Source: the human T2T-CHM13v2.0 reference genome, Homo sapiens
Assembly: GCF_009914755.1 (NCBI RefSeq)
Contig: NC_060944.1
DNA: 64,000 nt
Reading direction: 5' to 3' (one strand)
The notes below the pieces were generated by a model. That model saw only the letters and a list, made by a program, of their open reading frames with translations, searched no databases and was not told the origin of the DNA. Both the position numbers and the translations under genes were made by a program. Below, piece after piece: positions 1 to 13,000 of this stretch; position 1 is the stretch's first letter, and the number at the start of each line of letters is the position of its first letter.

Positions 1-400
<400 letters not shown>

Positions 401-957
401 AAGACCCCATCACTTCAAAAAAAAAAGTGACCAGGATGATGGCTGTTACTGCTGCTGCTTCCACCACCCTGGCACTGGGGCCCTGCTTCCTCTCTGAAGC
501 TGGAGAAGGCTGGGCAGCCCTCAGAGGCTCCCTCTGCTCTGCAGCAGGAAATCTCAGGAAGACGCTGTCACCCAAGGGGAAAGCAAGGAGGATTAACCCC
601 TGAGGCTGCAGGCATCCTTGAACAAGCCCAGCTTTACCAGCCACCTGGGCAGGTCCTCCCCAAGCCTGAGGCCCTGTCTTCTGCCTGCCTCCACCTGAGG
701 GCTCTGATGGCAGAGGCTGGGGGCAGTGGACCTTGGTCCCAGCCACTGTGTGACTTCAGCCCAGCCACTTCATCTCTCTGAATCTTCGTGGTTTCAGCTG
801 TAAGATGGAATGAACAGTCCCATCCTTGTCACGAGGATTTGGTGAGATAAATCCTGGTGTCTGGCACACAGGAAGCGCTCAACAGATGCTCATCCCCTTC
901 TCCTGTGTGGGGTCCATGGAGATACTAGGCCCAGGCCTCCCTTAGAGGCATCTAGCT

Positions 958-1284
958 CTGTGCTGTCCGCTATGGTAGTCATGAGCCACACGGACCATTG
1001 AGCACTGAAAATGTGGCTGTCCAAAATTGAGATGTGCTTTAAGTATAAAATGCACACACCAGATTCTGGTGGCTTGGTATGGAAAAAGGAACGTAAAATA
1101 TCTCAGTAATAATGCTTTATATTGATTATGTGTTGAAATGATAATATTTTTGATATATTGGGTGACATAAAACAGATTATGAAAGTTAATTTCACCTGAT
1201 TGCTTTTACTTTTTTAAAATGTGGCTACTAGAAAATTTAAAATTACACAGGTGGCTCGCATTTTACTTCTGTTGGACAGCATCG
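958..1284. mobile_element. MER33-like hAT-Charlie DNA transposon
   Basis: TIRs ctgtgctgtcc / ggacagcat; internal consensus match; imperfect 8-bp TSD atctagct/gcctagct. Confidence 0.8.
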
Positions 1285-1610
1285 GCCTAGCTAATTACTC
1301 ACAACCATGGAATATTTAGACTGGCATTAACCACGCCATTAAAGTCAGTTCAGGATTTTAAAAACACTCCTACAAGCAGGGCCTTGTAATTGGCAGAGAC
1401 CCTGCTGTCCCGCGGTGTTTAATAAGCACTTGGTTTGCAGGGTGAAGGGCCCTAGGAACCCCTCCCTGATGCAATTAATTGCCTTTGATGGGGATTGTCA
1501 TTAGGCTTCTTGCTGGGACAACACAGATACGAGCCACATGTACTTACTGGCCTTGGTAGAGTGCAATTTGTGGGTTTAGGTTCAAATCTGAGGGCCAAAG
1601 CCTGGAGGGA

Positions 1611-2363
<753 letters not shown>

Positions 2364-2671
2364 AAAAGGTTCTTTGGGCCTCGGAGAAGTTCCCTCTTTG
2401 GGAAGCCACAGAGCTGGATGTTTTTTGAGGAGCTGCTTGGCTGCACAGGTGATGATGGATCCTGTCTGACCTCCTCAGGCAAGTGGCATGTGGAAGAAGG
2501 ACCCCGGCCTAGAGTCAGGAGACCTGGGTCTTTGGCCTCGTTCTGCCATTCCCTCACTGTGAGATCCTAGGCTTCTCTCCATGTCTTTCTAGACCTCAGT
2601 TCCTCTGTCTGCACAAAAGGGACATGAGGATTGATCTTTGATGGCCTTCTCCGTTAAAAATTAGAGATGCT

Positions 2672-2960
2672 GGCTGGGCATGGTGGTTCTCGTCTGTAAT
2701 TCCATTCGCCACAGTGGGAGGATCGCTTGAGGCCAGGAGTTGAAGACCAGCCTGGGCAATATGGTTAGACTCCTATCTCTACAAAATATTTTTAAAATTA
2801 TCTGGGTGTGGTGGTGCATGCCTGTAGTCCCAGCTACTCGGGGGCTGAGGCGGGAGAATTGCTTGAGCCCAGGAGTTTGAGGCTGTAGTGAACTGTGATA
2901 GTGCCTGCCACTTTACTCCAGCCCGGGCAGTAGAGTGAGACCCTGTCTTAAATAAATAAA
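2672..2960 (+). mobile_element. AluJ-like
   Basis: Alu dimer with A-rich tail. Confidence 0.88.
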
Positions 2961-3730
2961 TTAAAAAGATGCTTTAAATTTAAGTTTTAGGTTTTAGATT
3001 ATGTCTTCACTCTGTGTGGTCCACTTAGACCGGAATCCAGAAGAAAAATGTCAGGGACACTCCCTAGGACTTCTGGCAAAGGCAGGAGCCAGAATGAATG
3101 AATTTCCTGTGCCCAGGCCCCCCTGCTGTCCCTGGCTCCTAGCCCTTGGCCCAAGCATGGCTCTCAGCCTAGACAAGGCCTTCCTAGGAGGCCTAGGAGC
3201 CCTGCGGGAGGCAGAGTGCAGATAAAGGCTCGGAGTCCGTCCATGTGGAAAACCTGGGTCTGCGGCGATCGTGAACCACATGGGCAGAGGGGCCAGACCT
3301 GGGGTTCCTATGATGGGAACATGATGTGACTGTGGAGGCCAGTCAAGGCTCCTGCCAGCGGTGAGTGGAACAGATAAAGAAATCAGTCATCAGAGGAGAG
3401 AAGTACCCCAGACCGGAGTGGGAGGTCACATATCGGCTCCCTGTGCTGCCCTCCAGAGGGGAACTGGGGCAGAGGGGCCTCCTCATTCCACGAGGCTGGC
3501 TGGGCTCAATTCAAGGAACCCTTGTCCTCCCACCTCTGTTGGAATCCTCACTGCAGCCCACTGGATCCCTGCACGAGACACACCTGGGGTGCTTAGTGAG
3601 CAGGCAGATTCCCAGATACCCACCCCGAAAAGCCAGTCTGAAAGAGAACACCCAGGGGTGGGGCCTGGCCACAGCCAGCCTCTCCAGAGAGTCTCAAGTC
3701 CAGTAATATCTAATAACTCTGTGTTTAGGC

Positions 3731-3900
3731 CAATGGTGTTCAATCCTAGCTGTGGACTGTGATCACCTGGGGAATTTTTTTTAAACCCTGATACCCAGAT
3801 CTCACCTAAGACCAATTATGTCAGAATCTCTGGGGTGTGCCCTGGGCACCCATATATTCTTAAAGCTCCCCAGTCGTCCCAGTGTGGGTCCAAGGACTGC
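3731..3900. mobile_element. MER5-like hAT element
   Basis: atcacctgggga...tcagaatctctgggg...aagctccccag motifs. Confidence 0.6.
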
Positions 3901-5499
3901 CCCAGCTCCAGATCAATTCTAAGAGCCTCAAGATGAACATCTGGGGAAAAGGAGAAGTCATGAGTCTCAGATAAGAGAAATAACTTGCCCAAGGTCACAC
4001 AAGGTGGTGATGGCAAAGCCCGTCCTGAAACCCAGGCCTCTTTCCTGACCGTGGGCCAATTTCTTCCTGATGCTGCATCTCTTTTTAAAAACCAGAGCCC
4101 AGGCAGGCAATGCCCACAGTATTTCACTTTAATAATATTGGAAACCGGTACAGTCAGGGCCACCACAGTGGTGGGGCGGGAGCCTCGATGGCGATTAGGG
4201 GAGCTGTAAGTCTTTCGCTTTATCCAAATCTTGGGCAGTAATTTAGAAAATTTAATTAAAGGGGGAGAAATGGGGACACCTCGCGCTCCCTGCCTCCTGT
4301 TATAATGAGTGAAATACACCGGGCTGTAAAAGGAAATGCTGTCTGAGACGCAGCTCCGATGTTTTATTGCCAAGTTTTATTCACTGATGTAAACGTAATC
4401 GCTGGAAACCGGAGCTCTTATTAACACACATATTTTCACACATCCGGGGCCCCTCCTGCTCCCCCCTCTCCCTCTGGGCTTGTTCACCCACCTCCTAGGG
4501 TCAGCCCTGCTGCTTTCTGGGCATGTCTATGCCAAGCCTGGAGTTCCGCACCGGTTTCATACCCTCCCATGGCAGATAAGACTTTAATAGAATTCCATTG
4601 CTCCTCAGAGCTCAGTAATGCATTCTGGAAATTAGGCGGCTACATACTAAAGCCATTGTTCCCCCTTATAAATGGGCTCTCTCAAAGCCAGTGACCATGG
4701 GGGCTCTGATAAGCTCTCATGAAGCCTCACTCCACATGTTATTGGTGTGCTAAAAGGTGCAACTCCAGGCTTACATTGCTCATTGTTAGGGGCTGATACA
4801 TTTAAGTAGTTTCTCCATGAATCAGGCAGCCTAGGTATTTCCCCCACTCTTGGCATTGATAGATGAGCAAAAGGAAGCCATTTAGATGGTGCTATATAGG
4901 GCTCCAGCCCACGTGGTGAATGATTTCCAATGCCTGGTTTAATTTATTTTTAAATGAAATTTGTTATTGATTCTGGATTAAAAGGACAAATCTTACAGCT
5001 GTTACCACTGACAGAGCCACAGTGCTCAAGTGACACCTCTCAAGGAGGGGAGGGAGGGTGGCCTGTCTGAGTCAAGGGGAGGGTATGGAGACTCTCCAGG
5101 GAGCTTGGCTCAGCAGTAAGGGGCAGTGCAAGATCCCATGCTTAGAGGGAAGTTTAAAAATATCATCTTTCCCAATTGAAATACTTGACGTGATGCTCAC
5201 CTCTGAGCCTCATTTATATAATGGAAATAGCAGTGATATTTGCCTCATGGCATCCACACGACCACTAGAGGCATGTTAGTTGCCTCCAGGGATGGGAGGC
5301 TTTCCATCTCCTGCAGCATTCCCAGAATGAAATGAGTGACAGGCGTCACCCACTCTAGTGAATTCCTAGAGACTGTTTCCTGGGCTAGTCTTTGCTTACC
5401 TTCTGCCTCCACTAGGCTCTCGGCTTCCACGGTGCCCAGAGATTACACTTGCATTGGGAAGCAGACAAGAGGCACAATTACACAGGGGAGGAGGATGGG

Positions 5500-6300
5500 C
5501 TGGGATGTGTCCGTTCACATTCAGCCTCTGCCCTACCTCACTGTGCAACTTTGTGCAGGTTACATCATCTTTCTGAGCTTTGTTTCTCCATCTGTAAAAG
5601 AAGGAAGGGTATAATAGCAGCCTCAGGGGTTGTTGTATGAATTATAGGAGATCATGGGTGTGAATGTGATTTGTAAACTGTAAAGTGTAGTTTAGGTGCT
5701 GCAGGAAATACAAGTGGGACAGTACAGTATAGTGGGAGGTCTCTGAGTTGGGAGACAAAGGACCTGGATCCAGTTCTGTCATGAGTGGCTGTGTGGCTCT
5801 GAGAAAGTGAATTACTTTCTCTGGGTCTTAGTTTCTTAAGGTGCCAAGAGGGTAGGTTGGAATCAAACATATGAAATGTTTGATTGGCTCTGGAATCAAA
5901 CACATCATGGCCTTGCTATGTCGCTTTAGGCAAAATACCTAACCTTTCTGAACCTATGTCCTCATCTGTAGATATCAAGAACACTAGTCAACATGTATCA
6001 TGTATTTGCCATGTGCCTGGCATTGTTCTAAGTGCTTTCCATGTAACAACTCATTTAATCCCCACCACCCTGCTGTGAAGGAGGTATTATTACCCTTGTT
6101 TTACAGACGAGAAAATTGAGGCACAGGGAGGCTAAGCAACTTGTCTAAGTTTACACAGCTACCAAATGGCAGGATTCAAAACAGAGAATATGGCTCTAGA
6201 GCCCACACTTCTAACCACACCATCCTACCCTACCTGGCCTGGTGGTTCTGAGGATTAAGGGGAATAATGAAAGTTCTTAGGGCCATGCTGGGCATACAGT
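5500..6300. mobile_element. Cluster of MIR SINE fragments
   Basis: MIR core motifs (ttttacagacgagaaaattgaggcacag; tttctccatctgtaaaa). Confidence 0.65.
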
Positions 6301-6574
6301 GATGAGCCAACAGAGGCTTGGGGACTGGGAGAAGGCAGCAGGCATTTCTTCCCATGGGGACTCAGGCTGGACCTCGCCCAACTGGGGACTCAGCTAGACA
6401 GAGGGGAAGGCATACAAGCACAGGGGAAGCACTGGGAAGGTTGAAGATGTAATGAGGCCAAGGCATGCCCAAGAGAGCACAGGATATGTGCAGGAGGTGA
6501 GTCTGGGACCCTGAATGCAAACTAGAGAAGTCAGGATTTCTCACATAAACAGGCCATCAGAGGGTTTTTTTTAG

Positions 6575-6902
<328 letters not shown>

Positions 6903-7527
6903 GATCACGAGCATTTTCAAAGGCATACAATCCCTGGATGTCTGTCCTTGAAGGAACCTTGACCTTGTTCCAGGCTTCAAAGAGAAAAGATTTCTGAAGG
7001 TCAGCCGGTGGGCTAGGGGCACAGCAGCAATGTGCTGCCATCCCGCCAGACCCCCTTCCTCTGCAGGCCTGAGCAATCTCTTGTTTACTCCTCTTTAATC
7101 TCCTCTCCCTCCCTGTCCCCTTGCCTGTGTCTGCTCCCTCCAATCTGTGGTTTAAGAGGAGAAAGCCCGGGTTTGAGTCCCAGTTCTGTCACCACAGTCT
7201 CCTGGTGAGGCCTCAGGCTGGGGTTGAAGGAGTCCTGGGTTTTAGTCTGGCTAACATGGTGGCTGCTATGTGATCTGGAGGATTCTCAGTTTCCATATCT
7301 TTATGATGGAAGCAGTAGTTCATTTCGCTGGGAGCGGGGTTCAGGGTAGTTAATGAATGAGAAAACACGTGCATAGAGTCCAAGACGCCTGGCCAGCCCA
7401 GGATAACCTAAACACCACCTCTGTGTGGGAAGAAAGTGAGAAGTGAGAGAATCAGGCAAACACGGCCCCTTCCTCCAAGGCATGTGGTCCAGAAGGTTCG
7501 GGGGGTGGGGGAAGCGGTCGACGCTTG

Positions 7528-8015
7528 GGACCTGTCCTCGGTACTGAAGGGAGCGCGGGGGCTGTGGACGGTGCTAGAACACAGTGCTTGTAAGTGCGGG
7601 ACATCGTGGAGGAGGTGTCCTTAGTTTGGAAGGAGCTGGATTGTTGCTGGCTACCACGGGCCCCATCCGGTGTGCTACCCCCCCCCCATAATACTGGAAG
7701 GGGGGCGCTAAGACAGAGGGAAGACGGCGAGGGGCTATGTTCCTTGGTCTCTAACCTTGTTCTCAAACTTGGGCGCTGTACACACGGCTGGACGCGGGAT
7801 CCACCTGTGTTCTGGAGTGGGGAGTGGGCTGTCGGAGGGGTTGACCCTGTTCGACGGGGACGGGGAAGAAAGTCTGAGGGTCTGTCCACGGTGTGAACCC
7901 TAGCATCAAAGGGCCAGTTGAGACGCTGTCCACGGTGCCCAAAGGATGGGCCCGGGTGGGGCGGGGGGCGGGGGGCGGGGGGGGGGCTGGCGCTGTCCTC
8001 CTCCGTGGTGCTGAA
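7528..8015 (-). promoter_or_regulatory. Cluster of REST/NRSF RE1-like elements
   Basis: Perfect half-sites GGCGCTGTCC (7989-7998) and GGTGCTGAA (8007-8015); canonically spaced 16/19 matches at 7528-7548 and 7922-7942; further degenerate copies. Confidence 0.75.
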
Positions 8016-8299
8016 ACCGGGAGGACCAGGCTGTGTGAGCAGGGAGGCCTGGGGAAGGGCAAGGGATGAGAGCAGGAGGGACCCCGCCCAGGAGTCAGGG
8101 GCCTCGCCCGACTCGCCGTGGGACCTCAGAGAAGCTAATTACCTGATTTCAGGCGCTTCCTTATCTTTTAAATGGGACCACAGTTCCGCCCTCCTGTCTG
8201 TCCCATCAGCCCCAGTAACACGGCTTGGGAAGGAACTGGAGGACTTTGTTGGATTCTTGCTCTTGGGAATGGGAATGGTGCCCTATCCCCCTCCCCTGC

Positions 8300-8375
8300 C
8301 ACACTCACACACACATACACCCACGCATACGCGCGCGCACACGCACACGCACACACACACTCATGCACACACACA
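8300..8375. repeat. (CA)n/(CG)n alternating purine-pyrimidine tract
   Basis: acgcgcgcgcacacgcacacgcacacacac. Confidence 0.9.
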
Positions 8376-9388
8376 CCATCAAGGCTCATTGGTCTAGGGA
8401 AGGAGCCTACAGTCCAGAAGGGGGCGATCCCATCCACCACATAAGGTCCAGTATCTTCAAGAGCCAGGAGCCGCAACAACTAACTGGCCTGTCTCTCTCC
8501 CATTACAAAGACTCGAAAACTGAGTCCCAGAAAGGGGAACACCGACAATAATAACTACTGAGCTCCTACCACGTAGGCAGCATTATGCTAAGCGCTTTGC
8601 ATGCACGATTTCGCAAATCCTCACCAGGACCCCCGCAGACAGCTATTACCCCTATTTCTCAGATGAAGACTTCGAGGTTCAGAGAGGGGTAGACACCCGG
8701 ACGCGATCACACAGCGAGCCGAGGTCGGCGGCAGAGCTATCACCAGGTCCCCTGGGTCTCAGCCCAGGCTCCCACCCTACCTCGCCCTCACCCCCAGCCC
8801 CACTGGCCCCTGACCCCGGCCCCGCCCTGCCGGTAAAGTTAGGAGCCTCTGAGTGCGCTGGCCTGGCGGCGGGTGCCCTGGCTTTTCTCCCTCTCCCCGC
8901 TGGACGGCATTTCTGTGGCTGAAGCCCGTTGGGTCGTGCTTTGCGGGAACCGCGTCCCTGGGGTGGCTCTCTCCGCCCCATCCCGGCCCCGCCTCCGCAC
9001 TCGGGCGGGGGAAAGTTGCGGGTACCGCTTTAAAAATCCCAGCCTGGGCAAAACTTTGATGATAAATCAAGCGGCAGATCCCTCCGCCGCCTGCTCCGAG
9101 CGGGAGGAGGGAGGGGAGGAGGGAGGGGAGGAGGGAGGCGGGAGGAGGGAGGAGGGTGCGGCGGCGGCGCGGCGTGGCCTTCCGCGGAAGGGAAGAGTCC
9201 CGCAGTCGGAGGCGGCCGGCTGGGCGTGCGCTCGCTCCCCGAAGCCGGGGCTGGGCCGGAGCCGGGCGAGGGCTGGGAGCTGGGCCGGGTCCGGGGACAG
9301 CGGGCGAGGGGCAGCTGCCGGAGCCGGGCAGCCAGGCCGCTCAGGGCAGGGGACAGCTGGCGCCGGTTCTGCGGTCTCCGGGGCCCAG

Positions 9389-9394
9389 ATGTGA
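9389..9394 (+). promoter_or_regulatory. Start-stop uORF (ATG TGA) in the presumed 5' UTR
   Basis: cagATGTGAgg; its ATG is 37 nt upstream of the main ATG and out of frame. Confidence 0.6.
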
Positions 9395-9425
9395 GGCGGC
9401 GGCGCCCCCGGCCCGAGAGCGCACG

Positions 9426-9546
9426 ATGGGGGCCCCGCTCGCCGTAGCGCTGGGCGCCCTCCACTACCTGGCACTTTTCCTGCAACTCGGCGGCGCCACG
9501 CGGCCCGCCGGCCACGCGCCCTGGGACAACCACGTCTCCGGCCACG
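9426..9546 (+). CDS. VSTM2L: VSTM2L coding exon 1: signal peptide, MGAPLAVALGALHYLALFLQLGGATRPAGHAPWDNHVSGH + 1 nt
   Basis: ATG in strong Kozak context (acgATGg); hydrophobic N-terminus; ends at donor G|gtgagt (phase 1); protein recognised as VSTM2L. Confidence 0.96.
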
Positions 9547-10015
9547 GTGAGTTCGGTCGCCGCCCCCGCGGACTTCCCCACCAAACCCCAACCCGGGCCG
9601 CGCCACTCCAACTTGGCCGCCCCGGGGCTCGAACCGGCGCCAGTCGTGGCGGGCATCCCGGGGCGCCCCCTGCCGGCGCGGTGGACCCGCCCTGGCACCC
9701 TGGCCCTGCAGAGAAGGGGGCACCCGGGGCGCACCCCCGAACCTCCTCCCCACACACTCGCGCGGATACGCACACCTGCATGGCCACACCGATATGCACA
9801 GCCGCGGACACACTCAGAGCCACAGTCGCTGCTTTCTCACACTCACAACTCCTACCCTGCACATCTCCACACACCTCAGGTCCCCCTCCTCACTGCAAGC
9901 CTTTACACTTATGCCCACTACACACGCACATCAGGCACTGCGCCGGTGGGCTCACTCTGCCAGCTGGCGCACACGCTTCGCCACAACTCTTGCCTGCCCA
10001 CCTGCAGACACACTG

Positions 10016-10062
10016 GTGCGCGCGCGCGCACACACACACAGGCACACACATACACACACATG
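10016..10062. repeat. (GC)n(CA)n tract
   Basis: gtgcgcgcgcgcgcacacacacaca. Confidence 0.9.
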
Positions 10063-13000
10063 AACACAATTTGCTCACCCACTCCTCTCTGCCCATCTGC
10101 CTTTACTCTTCTGGGTTTAACCGCACAGAGGCCCTTGTCCTCTTCCTCTCCACACCCAGCCCTATACCACTGGAAAGGTCCTTGGGGGCAGAAGACCTTG
10201 TTTCTTGAGAACTGGTCGCCTGGGGCTGCAGCCTCCCAGTTGGGCGGGTGGCACCTGGTGGAAGCCCCTCAGAGCCACCGGAGTAGTTGGGGTTGCTGCT
10301 TGCAGCCAGAGGCATGGGAGTGGGAGTGGAAGTGGAATGCCGGGTGCTTTTGTCTGCCTCTGGGGATGGGCAGGAAGCCGTGCCATCCTTCCATAGGGTA
10401 CCCCCATCCTCATCCTCGGCCCTAGAGGACTGAAATGTGGGAAATCTCAACTCCAGCCGCTGTGGAAGCCGGGGAGCAGACAAGCATTCCCAGCACTGGC
10501 TGGCTGAGTGTCAGAAGCTCCTGCTAGCCCCGAAGGAGCCCAAGTTGGCAGCAGAGTTGGACTGTATGAGCCCGGCAGCTGTGGGGGCTCCCCCTGACCC
10601 CTGTGAGCCTGGCTCTGGGATGGAGGCTCGAGCATAGATGAAACCAAAGGAGACCTTTCTTCCATGCAGCCCTTCACTAGACAGGCTGACAGCCTTGTTG
10701 GGGAGGCTGCAGCCCCAGTGCTGGGCACTGTGGGCCCAGGGCTGTGGGGAGGTTTGCACAAAGGCCAGATAATTGGATGATTTATTCTGATGGGAGTGAG
10801 TGGGGGTAAGGCAGGGTAGATAATCAGGGAAGGTTTTGCTGGGGTATGACACATGAGTGGGATTGCTCCAGTGGAGAGGGGGGCTTCGAAGCCATCCTCA
10901 GGGTCTCTGCTTTTTGGGAACCATGACTCCCCGCCCCCTTCTGCCTCACCATGTTTGGTAGTAACTGCTGTGTGCATCATTTACATACCCTTCATGCCCC
11001 TCACCTCATTTCTACCGACCTGGCTAGAGCGGTGGTAAATAAGGAAAGGGTTCTTTTGATCCTCAACTTACAGATAGGGAAACCAAGGCTCAGAGAGGTG
11101 AAGGAAGTTGCCCAAGGTCACACAGTAAGAGAGTGACTGAGCCAGGACAGGCCCCAGGGTCTGTCAGGCAAAGACAGCGCTTTTTTCCAGGACATTCATC
11201 TCCCTGTCAGATTCCCTCCCATTCTAGGGAAACTGGGAATTCCTCCCTCTCCACCCCTCCTCTCCTCGCTCCGCTCAGTCCCTTGGCACAGTTGGAACTT
11301 ACACTAGGAGGGGTTTCCATGGAGGGCCTTCCCTGAGTTTGCAGTCCCGAGGGGTATGAGGAATGGGACTCTGAGGCTTATGGTCGTTCTGTCCCTAGAG
11401 CACCAGACCCCAGGGACTTGGGTGCCAGTCTGTTATTCCCAAGGCCCCAAGGTGGCTCCCCCCCATAGAAAAGCAGGGTCTGTCTGCCCTTTGTGTGACA
11501 GTCTCTACCTGTCCCCTGGTGCCAGGTAAGCTGAGGGGGCACAGCTCTGCCCAACCAGCTGTAATCTCCCCTCTGCACCCTGGAAGGTCAAGCTAAGGCC
11601 CAGGACAGGGGCTAGATGAGAAGGAGGCACCCCTAGTTGCTGGGGAACCTGGCTTCTCTCCTGAAACCCCCGTGTGGCTCTGGGCAAGTGAGCCACCCCT
11701 CTGGGTCTCCCTGTGTCCCTAAAGAAACAAAGAAGCCAGGCTGCTCTGCAGGGGCCAGGCTGCCTTCCCCCGACATTGCCAGGTTCAAAGTCACCAAGTA
11801 GTGACTGCCGAGGAGCCCCCACAGCTGCCCCTCTGCCGTGCCAAGCACCCGCCACCACAGGAAGGGTTTGGAGCCACTCACTTAATCACAAAAAGAAACT
11901 GTTATTAATGATAGTGAGACGCGGCGAATAAGTGGGTCATGTCTAATAAGCTATTTGTGTTCAGGAGGAGAATACCAATTTGATAAAAGCTGTGTGTGCT
12001 GAAAAAGCTCAGAAATTGCTGTTTAGCAGATTGGGGCCTGATCATTTCATTATTCCTGGGCTCCGTGTGTCCTCAGCTGATTCAGGAAATGTGGCCCAGT
12101 CGGGAAGGTGTCTCTGTGTCTGGGGGTGGGGGGTGGGGGCTGGAAGCAGGGGCTCCTGGGGAGGGGCACATTGACCCCAAGTGCTTGGTGGCTGCTCACC
12201 CCTCCAACTCCATCTGAGCCCAGCCCGGCCGCCGGGCTCCTGCCTTCCACCTGCCTGCCCTGGAGCTTGTCACAGGGAAAGCCTGCGGTCAGATGGGTCA
12301 GAAAGGACATCTGTTTTGCTTCCCATCTCCCTCCCACCTCCACTCAAGGTACTTGGAAGAGGGCTTTTTCGAGGTGTGAGGAATGAATGGGGAGCATGTA
12401 TCTCAAGGAGGCATCAGGCACTGGGAGGTGGGGTGGTGATGGTCCGTGTCTGCACCTAGTAGGTGCTCAATAAACAGGAGTGATTTTGATTTTTTCTTAT
12501 CAGAAAATGTTAACTCATTGCCCATGGGCACAGCAGGGATGGGAGGAAAAGGTGCAAGCATTGATGAAATGCCTACTGTGTGCCCCGTGCTGCCAAGCCC
12601 TTGCCAGTGTTAACTCACTCAGGCTGACCATTCATGCAAGGTTGGTGTTGGAGATAGGAGGAAACTGAGGCTCAGAGAGGGCCAGTGACTTACCCAAGGG
12701 TGCTGAGTCTGTACAGAGAGCTGGAAAGCTGTGTTTAAGATGAAGATGCATCTGGCAGCTCTGGGACTGCCTCCTCCAGAACAGCCTTGAGGCAGGCTTG
12801 GCCATGGCGTCTTCCTTCTTGTAGCCGTAACCCAAGCTTTCTCCCTTCTAGCTCCTCAGGGAACCAGTAAAGCAGTGGGTTCCACCAAGAGGAACCAGCC
12901 ACTCAGAAAGGTGGCAAGATCTTGCTGAGGATACCTGTAGGTTAGAAACAGGCAGCTGGACTGGACCCCAGGATCTTTCCAGATCTTGTCCAGGGGAGGG

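Larger units (their letters stand above)
8650..9800. promoter_or_regulatory. CpG island / VSTM2L promoter and 5' UTR
   Basis: Very high GC and CpG density around exon 1; GC boxes at ~8987 and 9003; TTTAAAAA 9029-9036; GGGA-rich tract 9101-9156; exact TSS not determinable. Confidence 0.9.

Noticed and set aside
1401-1422. RE1-like cctgctgtcc-cgc-ggtgtttaa
   Set aside because: 3-nt spacer and a degraded half-site; isolated
9156-10208. 350-aa ORF and overlapping long ORFs on both strands
   Set aside because: Only 9426-9546 is real exon; the rest reflects stop-codon scarcity in a CpG island and reads through a strong donor
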